A DNA stretch of 64,000 nucleotides, taken from Mytilus trossulus (lineage: Eukaryota). Below, one piece after another: positions 39,304 through 52,079 of this stretch; the stretch's first letter is position 1; each line of letters opens with the position of its first letter. The stretch spans positions 32,364,001-32,428,000 of the forward strand of contig NC_086381.1 of assembly GCF_036588685.1 (NCBI RefSeq), given 5' to 3'. The notes under the pieces were generated by a model. The model was not told where the DNA came from, made no database searches, and saw only the letters and a list, made by a program, of their open reading frames with translations. The position numbers and the translations under genes are program-made.

Positions 39304-41637
39304 ATTTGTATCAATCGTTCTCCGAATAAACTTTCAGACCACATTTATTTGATACATAAGAAAGCGATCGTAGTACGATTCGTGTTTTATTTGAAAATAG
39401 TTAATGTGAATTAGACCTAATTCGCTATTAGACACATCCCCGCGAAATGTTATTTTCTCGCTGATTGGATATTCATGTCTTTGATATTGTCATTTAGATC
39501 CTATTCGTTATTTATAAGAATTTTTATGAAAGCTATCATTTACATAAAAATAGACTAACTGAAATGTTAGAAGGATTACAAAGGCTCATTCTGTTACCAA
39601 ATAATTTTCATGTTATTTGTTTTTGTTTAGAAGAATCATTGATAAAACTAAACTTTTCGGTGGATAGTTGCCCGTTGGCAATCATACAACATTTCCTTAT
39701 TTACATATTCTATAAAAATATATTACAAATCAGTCAGTGGCGCGCGGAAGTCCTCAAGAAGACAGTATTTTTTTTCGGGTGCTGACAGGATACACATAAT
39801 CGTTATTAGTTTAAACTTCAGGATACTTATGCAAGCAAATTTTATAAACAATTATTTTTTACGTTTTTGTATGTTTTTACTTTAAATTGGGCTTTATCGC
39901 TGATCTTGTTTCTGGGTGCAAAATTGTGGTTTTACATATTTCACCTTTAGCAATATTAGGATAACTGTTTGAACGATTCCATATATTATGTTTTAGGTTA
40001 TTTTACATTCATTGTCTAGTTTATGTATATTATTAAGATGGTTGTCTGCGAGAAATTAAATCATTTTTCTAATAATGTAACTAAATTCGAAACCAATATA
40101 AACATAGTGAACATATATATTATATTTAACTGAGTAATTTTATCAGAATGGGAATGACAACATACACCTAAAATTCATTTTGGCCTACCCCGTTTACACA
40201 TGATATTTGCACGGTAATTTCTTCCATTGACCAACATAATTTAAGTTGGATTATGGCAATGATATATAAATTGTGTTTTGATGTAATGTGATAGGATTTA
40301 ATGTGATATGCTTTGCTTCTTCTCCTACAGTACATTATTTGACATCAGGTTTGTACACATTAAAAGTCTCTAGTCTAGTCAGAGCTGAAGTACAGCTAGC
40401 ATATCCCATCATATAATTTCAACCAACAAATACAACTGATTTACACTACAATTGTTGAACTATATAAATATATATATACCAGGTGGTCGTGTGGTCTAGC
40501 GGGACGGCTGCAGTGCAGGCGATTTGGTGTCACGATATCACAGTAGCATGGGTTCGAATCCCGGCGAGGGAAGAACCAAAAATTTGCGAAAGCAAATTTA
40601 CAGATCTAACATTGTTGGGTTGATGTTTAGACGAGTTGTATATACATTATGTACACAGCCATGTATCACCATCATTGATGGCGATCCGATGGATACATCT
40701 GTTGTAGGGTTGTCACTGACTCAGACGTACTTATGAATATAATTATTTTCTGTGACTGTATCTTACATTAATTTGTAGGATCCTTTACTATAGATAATTT
40801 AGCTGATCTGTAACAATAACATCTTCATGCCTTATATATCATGTACTGTAGTACGCCGCTAGATTAAAACTGACGTGGAAAGGTAACATATGGCCACCGA
40901 AAGCTCTTTTTTTGAGAGCCCAGGTGGTCGTGTGGTCTAGCGGGACGGCTGCAGTGCAGGCGATTTGGTGTCACGATATCACAGTAGCATGGGTTCGAAT
41001 CCCGGCGAGGGAAGAACCATAAATTTGCGAAAGCAAATTTACAGATCTAACATTGTTGGGTTGATGTTTAGACGAGTTGTATATACATTATATACACAGC
41101 CATGTATCACCATCATTGATGGCGATCCGATGGATACATCTGTTGTAGGGTTGTCACTGACTCAGACGTACTTATGAATATAATTATTTTCTGTGACTGT
41201 ATCTTACATTAATTTGTAGGATCCTTTACTATAGATAATTTAGCTGATCTGTAACAATAACATCTTCATGCCTTATATATCATGTACTGTAGTACGCCGC
41301 TAGATTAAAACTGACGTGGAAAGGTAACATATGGCCACCGAAAGCTCTTTTTTTGAGAGCCCAGGTGGTCGTGTGGTCTAGCGGGACGGCTGCAGTGCAG
41401 GCGATTTGGTGTCACGATATCACAGTAGCATGGGTTCGAATCCCGGCGAGGGAAGAACCAAAAATTTGCGAAAGCAAATTTATAATTCTAACATTGTTGG
41501 GTTGATGTTTAGACGAGTTGTATATATATATATATATATATATTAATTTATTAAATGTCATTCCAGTCCCTTCAACTAGCACAATTAATGAAATCGGTGT
41601 AGATTTTGCAAAGATGATGGACAGTGGCGGATCCAGG
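39304..41637 (+). repeat. Local segmental duplication, copy 1 (direct repeat of 58263-59490, interrupted by the 441-bp array)
   Basis: Near-identical from ATTTGTATCAATCGTT to CAGTGGCGGATCCAGG; duplicate spurious ORFs at 39564 and 58523. Confidence 0.9.
40479..41520 (+). mobile_element. tRNA-headed tandem element (441-bp unit, about 2.4 copies) inserted in a (TA)n microsatellite
   Basis: Units start at 40479, 40920 and 41361. A-box-like TGGTCGTGTGG and perfect B box GGTTCGAATCC. TA runs on both sides. Absent from the paralogous segment at about 59390. Confidence 0.75.
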
Positions 41638-43229
41638 GGTGTCCCTTTTATAAATGACTGGATCCGCTCCTGATGAAAGTGTTTAACGACATTGACTGAC
41701 TATACAGACCTCGAAAGGTTGGCTCGGTGCCCAAAGTGTTTGATGAGCGTTTAAATATTTTCATGCATAACGATGAAACATTGGAAAGGACGGCATCCAT
41801 TTTGGTTTGATAAGATCTTTTAGGTATGTTGACTATTTTGTTGTTGTTCACTGCCTTTACAGCGGCTGCTTTCAGGGCAACATGCAACGTAAATGTGATT
41901 GGTTATCAAATAATACAAAAATAATGCATGAAACGTTGAAGAAGAAATCATTTCATCAAATAGATGGGATTTTCACTTTCGACACGAATAGGTCGAGTTG
42001 ACATTTCTGTCATCGGAGATAGTATTGAGATAAATGGGATAAAACGGACCGTCAAAAAGGTCTAGAGAAGCACATCAGTAGAACCTTAACAATAATAAGT
42101 AATACTTACTAACATTTCTCTAATTGATAAACTATAGAACTGAAAGATAACGGTAAATAATTATGTTGATAGTGATGATGCTGGTTAAATTGGCGCGAAA
42201 AAATATTCTCACTCCTATTGCTTCAGGTTAAAAAAAAATGAATAGAATTGAATTCGACTACAGTTCAGCATAAAAAAACGTGAATATGCAAAAGCCTGGT
42301 AATATGTTAATGATAAAGTGTGTATAAATTTTCGTAAACGAAGTTACCCGTATACTTCACCAAGAATTACATTTGAGCGCAAAGATCTGTATGTGTGATT
42401 CGGTTTATGTAACATCGTAGAACTCAGGGTGTTTATATTAACGTAATGTTTTGCGTTGCTATTAAATCATTGAGGCCACGTGATTGAGGCCATCTATTTG
42501 TATTGCGGGTTCCACATATTTAAATCGAAATTATAGAAAAAATGGAATGTTGTGAGCAGAATCAAAACAGAAATGATGAACACTGCAACATTTCCAGCAA
42601 AATATAAATAGGATGGAGGATATGTGTATTCACATTATTTGTAAAACTCTCCTTATTCCTGTGAAGCGTGTGCTTTACATCGAGGCTTATTATGCTAATC
42701 ATCGACGCCACAATACTTCAACCAATCAGACAATGTTTATTTGGGACATTCGATCTATTTTAACTCAGATTTTGGAATATTTTAATCGAAATTATAGCAA
42801 AATGGAATGTTGTTAGTACATATGAAATAGAAAATGATGAATACTTTTAGCTAAAGATAATTTGGATGGATGTTCTGTGTATTCACATTATTTGCACAAC
42901 TCTCCTTACTGATGCCATATTTTGGAATTTCCGTGACCTAAATGGTTCGCGAAAATTAATATTTGTATACATAGTATAGTAACAAGCTGACGTTGACATT
43001 TTACAGAAATCTTATACATCCTTCCTGTTTTCAAGTTTTCGTACATGACTTAAAGCCTTATCGGATAAATGTTTTTGTCATATTGAAATTTCCGTTTTAG
43101 TAACAACAAATCCCAAAAAGTTATATTGTTTTATCATCTCAATGTTAGTATCATTGTAAGAAAATCGGAGTTGTTCTGGCTTCCGTTCAAAAAAACACCT
43201 CACTAAGACTTAAATTTTGACAACTTTCC

Positions 43230-43500
43230 TTTCAAGTTTCAAGCCTTACAATAATCATGGAAAGCATTGAGTTGAGTCTGCAGGTCCTGTGCTGTTTCAG
43301 CCAACAACACCGTGTCATCTGCAAACAATATGACAAAACACTTAAGATATATTTCTAATTCTCTTTCCAGATCTTCTGGTATAGTTCTGTTAAGTCATGT
43401 AATATTTCTAGTTACTAAGAAATTATTTTAGTCAATCAAAAGTAAATAAAATAGGAAAGGTGATAAGTTATCTCCTTGTCGAACACCATTGTCACAAGCA
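43230..43500 (-). mobile_element. LINE reverse transcriptase relic
   Basis: Minus-strand NGVRQGDNLSPFLF and LFADDTVLLAETAQDLQTQLNAFHDYC, with stops. Confidence 0.75.
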
Positions 43501-45449
43501 AGAAAAGTATTCCGAATTATAATTACTATCGTGTATCATCGGTACAGCTTTGTAGGTACTTCGAAGCATCAAAACTATATACCGTACATTCATTTTACTA
43601 TGCACCGTACAGAAGGATTCATGTGGTCAGCTATACACAACGCTTCGTGTCGGAATAAAATATCGAAAAATAACATATGTACAAAATATTTCAATGCCAA
43701 TTATTGAAACAGCTAGACTTATAACGCACAAACAGTGGCCTTCTATCAGAAAAAGAGTTGCAATGAATATAGAATAATATCGGATGAGACGAGCGCCAAC
43801 TTCTTTGACAAGTATTTGCACATGTTTTTAGTAAGGATTCTTGTTTTAGGCAAATAGTGAGACTTCTCTAATCACCAACCTACGACAAAATCATTTCTTA
43901 AAACAACAAATATGTTTAGATTGAAGTTCACATTGATGTAAACAAAACAAAGATTTTCGTACCGTGTCAGAAGAAAAATCGATCACGACCCCTTGGTTAG
44001 TACCTATATCCGCTGTACCGATGATACAAAGAGACGCCAGCGATTGGGCAAGTGTTGAAACAAAGAGTGATGAAACAGTTATAAGGTGGACACAGTAATA
44101 ACAAAGTTAATGCTTTTTTTTTAAAGAGACGAAAAAGAGGAACAAAATGCAAAAGACAGGCGTCACCCCATTCATCTCGAAAATAAAAATATTAAATACC
44201 CTAAATTGAAAAAAAGTGTGGCAAAGTGTGATTTTCAGTGGTTTCTCCCCCTTTTAACTCAATAACTGTATCGTCTACGTAAAATCCGTTGCCATTTCCG
44301 AAAAGAATCAAAATAAGTACCACAAAGGTAAAATCCGATATAATCGGACGAAAAATTAAATCTAAAACACTTCATCAGGAATCAACCCCTTATATCTCAG
44401 AAATCGTTGACGCTACTCCAAATCTGTTGACATACTAGTACTAATCTTTCAGAATTTTATAAGCAATTAAAAAAATCTCCATTAAAATAAGTTGAAAATA
44501 AACAATCTGTATATGCCAATATGTGCTCATTGTTGAAGACCGTATGGTGACCTATAGTTATTAGTTTCTGTGTAATTTGGTCTATTGTGGAGAGTTGTCT
44601 CATTAGCAAAGATACCACTTTTTCATTTTTTATAATTTCCCACATAGCCATTTCGCATTTTGTGGGCACTACGTCGATTAAGCTTGCAGTCTTCGAAATT
44701 GGATATTTTCTCACATAATTGGCATTTTCTGTGGAAAAAAAGATCGGTTCAAAGACAAATTAAAAGTCCTATCACACATATTTCCGACTTGGTATGGTTT
44801 TAGAGGAGTTGCGGCTCAATGAAATCGGTCTACTTCTTTAGTAGCATAGATTATATGATATACTAGATGTAATATCATTGTACCTATTCAATACTACATT
44901 ATACATCTTATCATTTATAGATTAATATTATTCAATTACATTTAATAAAACAAACCATTTAGCCATAGTATGCATCAGTAGATAATTTTATAGCTATTGT
45001 TATGAAATATTTTTGAAACAGACTGTGATTTCAATGGTGTCTTTTGCAATGAATAGAAATAAGCAGATGTGGTATGAGAGCCAAAGAGACAACTCACCAT
45101 CCAAGTAAATATTTGTAAGAAGAAACAATTATAGGTCATAGTACGAGTCTATGCTTAAACCGAATAGCAAGTAATAAAAGGCTCTTATTTGTTATCATTT
45201 TCTCCACAGCCCGATATTTCTTCAACTAGCTCCTTTATTAACTGATTTTAATCTTCAACCGAAATGTTTGAAACGTTGATTTTGTGAAATTGCTTTGTCT
45301 CAATTCCCCTATAAATTGCACTTTCGCTAGAGAAAGACACATATTTGAGCCGGGTTAATAGTTTACAGAAGCAGATAGGAATCAGTTATGACGTAGACAG
45401 TAAATATTCTAATCGTAATCATGTTCATTGACCATAACGACGATGAAAG

Positions 45450-45992
45450 CACATCATATAATGACGTTTCGACATCATATAATGAAGTAAACCTAACCAT
45501 ATAATATAAGATTACAAGCACATAATATAATGACACAACCACATCATATAAAGATGTTTGCACGTAATATAAGGGAAACTGCACATCATATAAGGATATG
45601 TACACACCATATAAAGATCTTTGCATATCATATAAGGATCTTTGCACATAATATAAGTACATTTGCACATCATGTAATAATGTTTGCACATCATATAAGA
45701 ATGTTTGCACATCATATAAGTATATTTGCACATCATATAAGTATATTTGTACATCATATAAGTATATTTGCACATCATATGAGTATATATGTACATCATA
45801 TAAGTATGTTTGCATATACTGTAATGATATTTGCACAACCTATAAGGATATTTGCACATCATATAAGGATATTTGCACATCATGTAGAGGTGTTTGCACA
45901 TAATATAATGACAAGTGCATATCATATAAAGGTAAAAGCACAGCATATAAAGGTAAATGCACATCATATAAAGGTAAATGCACATCATATAA
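45450..45992. repeat. Degenerate 21-bp minisatellite
   Basis: TTTGCACATCATATAAG(T/G)ATA units; explains the overlapping heptad ORFs at 45363-46033. Confidence 0.9.
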
Positions 45993-47335
45993 TGAAAATG
46001 GTCATAACAAGACAGTGTTGGCGTTCATATTGAAACACTAAAACCGTCATTTCCTAATATATTTAGGCAAAAGTTGTTTACCACTGTCCATATCTCATAA
46101 CTCGTTTTAGAAGATACAAATCAACGAAACAAATACATCCTTAGTGAATCGTATGGACTCTAAAAGGAGCGGGACCTGGTTCATCTACAAAAATGCAAGC
46201 ATGAACTGACAAGTCCAATCAAAACTCAGGCAAACTGTCACAAGCTATCAATTAATGAGAAGACGACTATAGATTCTGGTATTGGAAGAACTATAACTGT
46301 GAATTTGAGATACAGAAATATTGTATCTGTCACCCAATGTGTGATGGTGACAGTACAATTTATGCTGTGTCCTTTGTCCTCGTAATTCCAGAGTAGCATG
46401 TTTTTGTGCAAGGAGCACCAAGGGCTAATAAATCCGTATAGTTTCAACATACACACTAGAGCAACATTTACGTTACTGAGTACTTACATTATTTGCCTTA
46501 GCTGATTAATGAATGCACACATACGTTGCATACTGTCGAGCTAATCTATATTTATGTGTTTGATTTGTTATTGTTATTTCCACAACGTAATCGTTTTCGT
46601 TTGTAATAAATAAAACCATATATACTTTTAATAATAGAATTATAAATGAAATTTCCAATAAGAAAAAATGAAACAAGCAACATTTGATGCTGAATTCATA
46701 TCTCATGTTAGTAATTTTCATAAACTAGTGGCGCAGAAATAAAGAGGAAAACCCAGATTGCATGGCCAAAAGAAAAAAACAGCAAAAAGAACATCACAAA
46801 GAAAACTAACGACTGAGCTACAATTATCTAACAAAAAGACCAGAATAAAATCAGCACTTTGGAACGGAAAGCAGATCCTGATCCACTCGGGGAGGCCATC
46901 ATGGTGATCGTGGTAAGTAAAAAGTTTGCGAAACGTCGTATTCGGTGATGTTACAATCTAGGAAAAGAGGACGCAATTTTGGCTATAATTTAGTAAATGG
47001 ATTTTTAAAAGTTCTCAATTCACCGTGGTCACTTTTTATGTTTAAGTCAAGATATGAGGCCGACAAACTGTATCTGTTGTATCCTTTATTCCATGTTTGA
47101 TGGGATGTGATCAATAAAGTAACCAAACTTTGAACTATTTTTTAAGCGACCATCTTCTATATAGCGTGATTAAAAAAAGGTAGTACTAACTGTGTTTTAA
47201 TAATTCTTGAGAAGTAAAATAACAAAAATACTGAACTCCGAGGAATTTTTTTAAACGGAAACCTCCTAAGCAAATGGCAAAATCAATAGCTCAAACACCA
47301 CTTCAAACGAATGGATAACATATTCCTGACTTGGT

Positions 47336-47569
47336 ACAATATGATATACAGTGTATATTGAGAACATATTTGCTACATTTGAAGGAAGCATCTTCAGTAG
47401 ACAATCGTCTCTTTAAACTTTAAGCAACTCTTCATAGTCTACCTCCTATGCAACAGGTCGGTAGAATGATAAACACAACTAGTTAATATAAAAGAGACGA
47501 TTGTCAACTGAAGATGCTTCCTTAAATTTTAGCAAATATGTTCTCAATATACCCTGTATATCATATTGT
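47336..47569. mobile_element. Foldback MITE with about 80-bp inverted arms
   Basis: ACAATATGATATACAGTGTATATTGAGAAC...GTCTCTTT is mirrored by AAAGAGAC...GTTCTCAATATACCCTGTATATCATATTGT. Confidence 0.7.
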
Positions 47570-49793
47570 TCATATAAATCTGTGTTTTTGCTAGTAGTTT
47601 TTTTTACTTAACTTTAATTTCCTTTAAGAATCTTGCAGTTTTGAATTCGAAAGTAGTCTCATTTTGAAAGATAAAACAGTTTTATCGAAAACGCATGTAA
47701 TTAAAGTAATAAGAAACCTCAAATTAAAAAAAAACATGCATATGTTTTTTATAACTAAATAGATAGTTTTCATTATACAACTTATGTACATATACTTTTA
47801 TCTGAAGAAAGTTTTTTAATTTGACCACATTTAAATGAATTTTACCTATTTTTAATTGCTTGCTCCCAGGAAGCAATTCGCTGACATATTTTTCGTATGC
47901 ATAGTGACCTGAGCGTAACCCTCCTCGTAAAAGTCCGGTGATCGCAATACGCATGAATATGTCATTAGAATAAACAATTATCTGATTGTACATGTTAAAC
48001 ACGTGCTCAATATCCATGCTTTTTTGTTATTTGTTTATTATAAGGTGACAATTGGTAAACTTCGGCTTCAAAACACGGCATTTAATGAGCAGCCATATTT
48101 GATAAATCATAACAAACAGAGTGAAAAAAAATTTGACAATTATACGATATGTTTGCGTAAAAAATCATAAAATTGTGGACAGAGGACTAAGTTAATAATT
48201 TGTAAATGCATCGGTTCAAGAATTGGATAAACATTATGTTTCACCACTCACTGGTTTCATATGACTTTAAATATTATTTTGTATGAATATTCTTTCAGTT
48301 CCCATTTTTTTCTACCTTTTTTAACCATCGTCACTTCTGAAAACAGCAGACAAATTTGTACATAGTTTGAATGCAATTAAATACCCTGCCTCGTCCTCGT
48401 CCGGTCTGTTTTTTTTATATGTTTTTTCTGCTTTGAATCGATCTGATGAGTTACGCCCTTTACAACTGATTTTTATAGTTTGTTCTTATGTTGTTCTCTT
48501 ACACTACGGCCTCTGGTTAGTGGGAGGGTGCGCCAGCAAACAAGTTAAGGGTATATAGTACTAAGTATGTGTTATTTGTTTAAGTCAATTAACAAATCTC
48601 ATTCTCATTCTCATTCTGCATTATTTGTCTCACATCTTGAAAACAATAAAAGATTTAAAAATCCGTCGCAAAACAATGATCAGTAATACAAGATATATGT
48701 TTTGGACAGTAGTGAGAATCCAGGCTAATATGGGATCTTGTTCGCTTTGAAGTAGAATGCCATTATCGTTTGATGAAGATATTCTTAAATATTAAAATGT
48801 TTTATGTTTTCTTTGTATTACAATTGGATCAACTTTATCGCTTTTAGATAAAAAAAACCACCAAAAACAACACTAGCAAATTTGTACATATACTCAGTTG
48901 TTGCTCTTTGATAAATTGCAGCAGTAAAATTACATATCAAGATAAGATAATTCTAATTTTTTTGAGATCTAAATAATTTTTAAATTGAAAACAAATAGGT
49001 GTAGGCTCATGCTTTTGTTTTGTCGCAACGGGTAATGATTTATAAATTGCCTAGAACGACATCCAACTTTTAAGACAAATTAACTACTATTTTATTTTAT
49101 TTCTTAATCACATATTTAACTTCACCTAGGATTTGTTCGTCGGTCAACTGACAGTTTTGTAAGTTATAAACGTATTACTTAGCTGTATATCAGTACATTT
49201 TTGTCTTATCTTTCTTATACCCGAGCGAGCGTTCTTTATTTTAATTTAAAAGGTCTTATCAACTTCTCACTAACACAGCAAGCCACGAGTAACAAAATTA
49301 TTGATAAGAATTATAACTGCATTCACAGTTATTCCATTTTAGATTACCGGATCCGCTTAATGTATGTTTTTGCAGTCAGAGATAAGTGTTTTTGTATATT
49401 TAAAAGCAATACAAACAATCGACAAAATTTGTAAGTACACTAAACAATTTGTACAAATACATGCATGACAAGGTACGATAGATGTATTGTAAAATCAGCA
49501 GTCACTCGAGTATAAATCTTGTTTATTGAGATAATTGCATAAGCCAACCATAAAGCTATAAAAGCTATTTGCATAGTTTATTGTCTTTTTTGACAAGATT
49601 TACATTTGTCATCTTTCTCATATACGTATACATCAAATATGCGAACATATTTTCATTTAAAGTATATTGCAGTTTAATAGTTCAAATCAAAACATCCGTA
49701 CCATATGTTAAGTAGAAACCATGATTAAGACAATAAGTCAATGTTTTTTCTTTATTCAGGAATACATATTTTAATTGACAAAACCTCATTATG

Positions 49794-50009
49794 GAGTACA
49801 CGATTAGTTAAGAATAAAAAGAGTACACGATTAGTTAAGAATAAAAAGAGTACACGATTAGTTAAGAATAAAAAGAGTACACGATTAGTTAAGAATAAAA
49901 AGAGTATACGATTAGTTAAGAATAAAAAGAGTACACGATTAGTTAAGAATAAAAAGAGTACACGATTAGTTAAGAATAAAAAGAGTACACGATTAGTTAA
50001 GAATAAAAA
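49794..50009. repeat. 27-bp minisatellite, 8 copies
   Basis: GAGTACACGATTAGTTAAGAATAAAAA x8. Confidence 0.95.
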
Positions 50010-50254
50010 AAATCTCTATTAGAAAACACCAGATATCCTAAATCATGACTTTTTATTTTAGTTAAGATTATAAAACATAAAGAGAACAAATAAGCTTGCC
50101 ATCTTTTAAAGATGGCCTGTAGTAGATGCATATGCACCTTCGTTTAATAAAACGTATGATACAAGTTTTATTTATACATGTGACGTATATCTTTAAAAGC
50201 ATTCAGCCGATACCATCGAGTGTAAAATTTAAATACAGTCTATTTCATTCAGAA

Positions 50255-50740
50255 ACTCCTGCATGTGGAAGACATATCACCCAGTTGATACGACATTATA
50301 TAGCTTACATTTCCTCTCATGATTTCATTGATAGAGGGTTGCTGCTTACAAGGAATATATTGAATCAAGAGTTCTAAGTTGTGAAGTTAAATTCATACCT
50401 CAGAACATTTACGGACGTCATCAAGAGTTGGTTGACCATTATGGAATATCTGTTGCACAGATGAGAACGGATCTGTTCCATCTGTTACTAATACAATCCC
50501 TTCTTCTTTTACTTGAATGTGACTTACCTATCTTAACACCACTAGAGACACCAGGGTTGTACTTCTATTAGCAACACGGTGGGTGCCATACGAGAAAGAT
50601 CTGCTTGCTTACTTTTCAAAAGCACCTGATATCAACCCAGGTTTAAGGTGAGGTTCAGTCCTTAGTTTTCCATGTTGTGTTTTGTATACTGTTGTTTGTC
50701 TTTTAATCGTTTTGGTTTTTTGCGACTTATGAGTTTGAAT
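50255..50740 (+). mobile_element. Degenerate Penelope-like RT C-terminus and tail
   Basis: PACGRHITQLIRH..HDFIDRGLLLTRNILNQEF..FYGRHQELVDHYGISVAQM; a similar remnant (YISLLIRYSRA) lies near 4535. Confidence 0.6.
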
Positions 50741-52079
50741 GTGCCTGTGGTATATTTCGCCAATTTTAAAACGAAATCCAGATTCTCGACGAATAAACAT
50801 ATATATGTTTTCGCTTAATCGATTTATGACTATTGAACAGCTCTATACTACTGTTGACCTTCATTCAGTACAATCACATAAAGTATGAACTGGATCATCT
50901 CTTGAGTTTAACACCTTATTTCTGTAAAGTATCGATGATAACGCAAATTCATTTCTTATCATTACTAGTGTTTCTTATTATAATCATAAAGAATAATTCA
51001 GTGTTAATTTGGCCCATAAGAGTAAGTAATAACTTCTAGCCAAATTACTGTTTACATTATGTTTGATTTTGTATATGTTATAATAAATAAAACCTTTATA
51101 AAGGTAATATCTGCTAGCCTCATTTGCATAAATTCTTTGACTTTTCAGTTGTAAATGCGTTGTCTATATAGTTGTAAATAAAATAGAATTTTATGCGAAT
51201 GTGATACAGGTGACAGGTTTACCTAGCTATAAAACCATTTTGAATCCACCGTTTTCGACATACGGAAATGCCTGCACCAAGTCAGGTATATGACAGTTGT
51301 TTTCCATTCGTTAGATCTGTTTAAGCTTTTGATTTTGCCATTTGATAAGTCTTTCCGTTTGAATTGTCCTTGGAGTTCGTTTTTTTGCTGGTGTCGAAAG
51401 AACAACCAGACATATTAATCTTTAGACACCCCTGTGTTATAACAACCAATAAAGTGATAGTTTAAAATTTCAGCTGATTTAATCTGCATCTCTGTAATTT
51501 TTTTTTAATAAAACATCAGATTGAATAACATCGACATCCACAAAAAAGATGATTTCTTATGAATAATTGATATACAACTTATTTTGTAATATACATATAT
51601 GTTTGATTTATTAGTTTAATTTTGATATGACGATGTCCACGCTTATCATTTATTCACTCTTCTGTCTGGTTTTGTTTTAACGCATTCATGTTCTAATCCC
51701 AACATAGCATAAGATAAACGTGCGTGACTTCACAAACGTTGTATTTTGAGCAAAGCTGGGATTTAAAATCAATTTGTTGTTGGAGTTCTGCGGTATGCAA
51801 ATAAATCTTCTTTAAATTATGCGATGTGTATGTTGGAATTGTGAACGTTTTCAATTGTTTAAATCAAAATTGCTGCTTTTCGAATGTGTCTGATATTTCA
51901 TCTATAGTTTTAAGAATCTAAATAGTTCCTTCATGGTAAATCGATAGATGGAAAAATATTTAAATTGTTTTCCATGTTGAAACAACGGAAGAACATGAAA
52001 TGAAGGAATTCTGTCTTCATGGAAAATGACAACACAGTGGAACTTGTCTACATATAGTCATATTTGAATACAAAAATCA

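Noticed and set aside
40870-40925. Hammerhead-like CTGACGT..CCGAAA..hairpin in the 441-bp unit
   Set aside because: A9 and the UH cleavage site are missing and proximal stem I cannot form; not called a ribozyme.
40915-41010. Functional tRNA gene
   Set aside because: A and B boxes are present but no proper acceptor stem or anticodon arm; treated as a tRNA-derived head.
41560-41630. Minus-strand SATVHHLC as the missing His-His exon of paralog B
   Set aside because: Overlaps a MITE terminal repeat, runs into a stop, has no suitable splice sites, and is not conserved in the duplicate copy.
45363-46033. Three overlapping Tyr/Cys/His-rich ORFs
   Set aside because: By-products of a 21-bp minisatellite open in several frames.
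49741-50022. ORF with STRLVKNKK repeats as a second repeat precursor
   Set aside because: Simple 27-bp minisatellite with no signal peptide or splice support.
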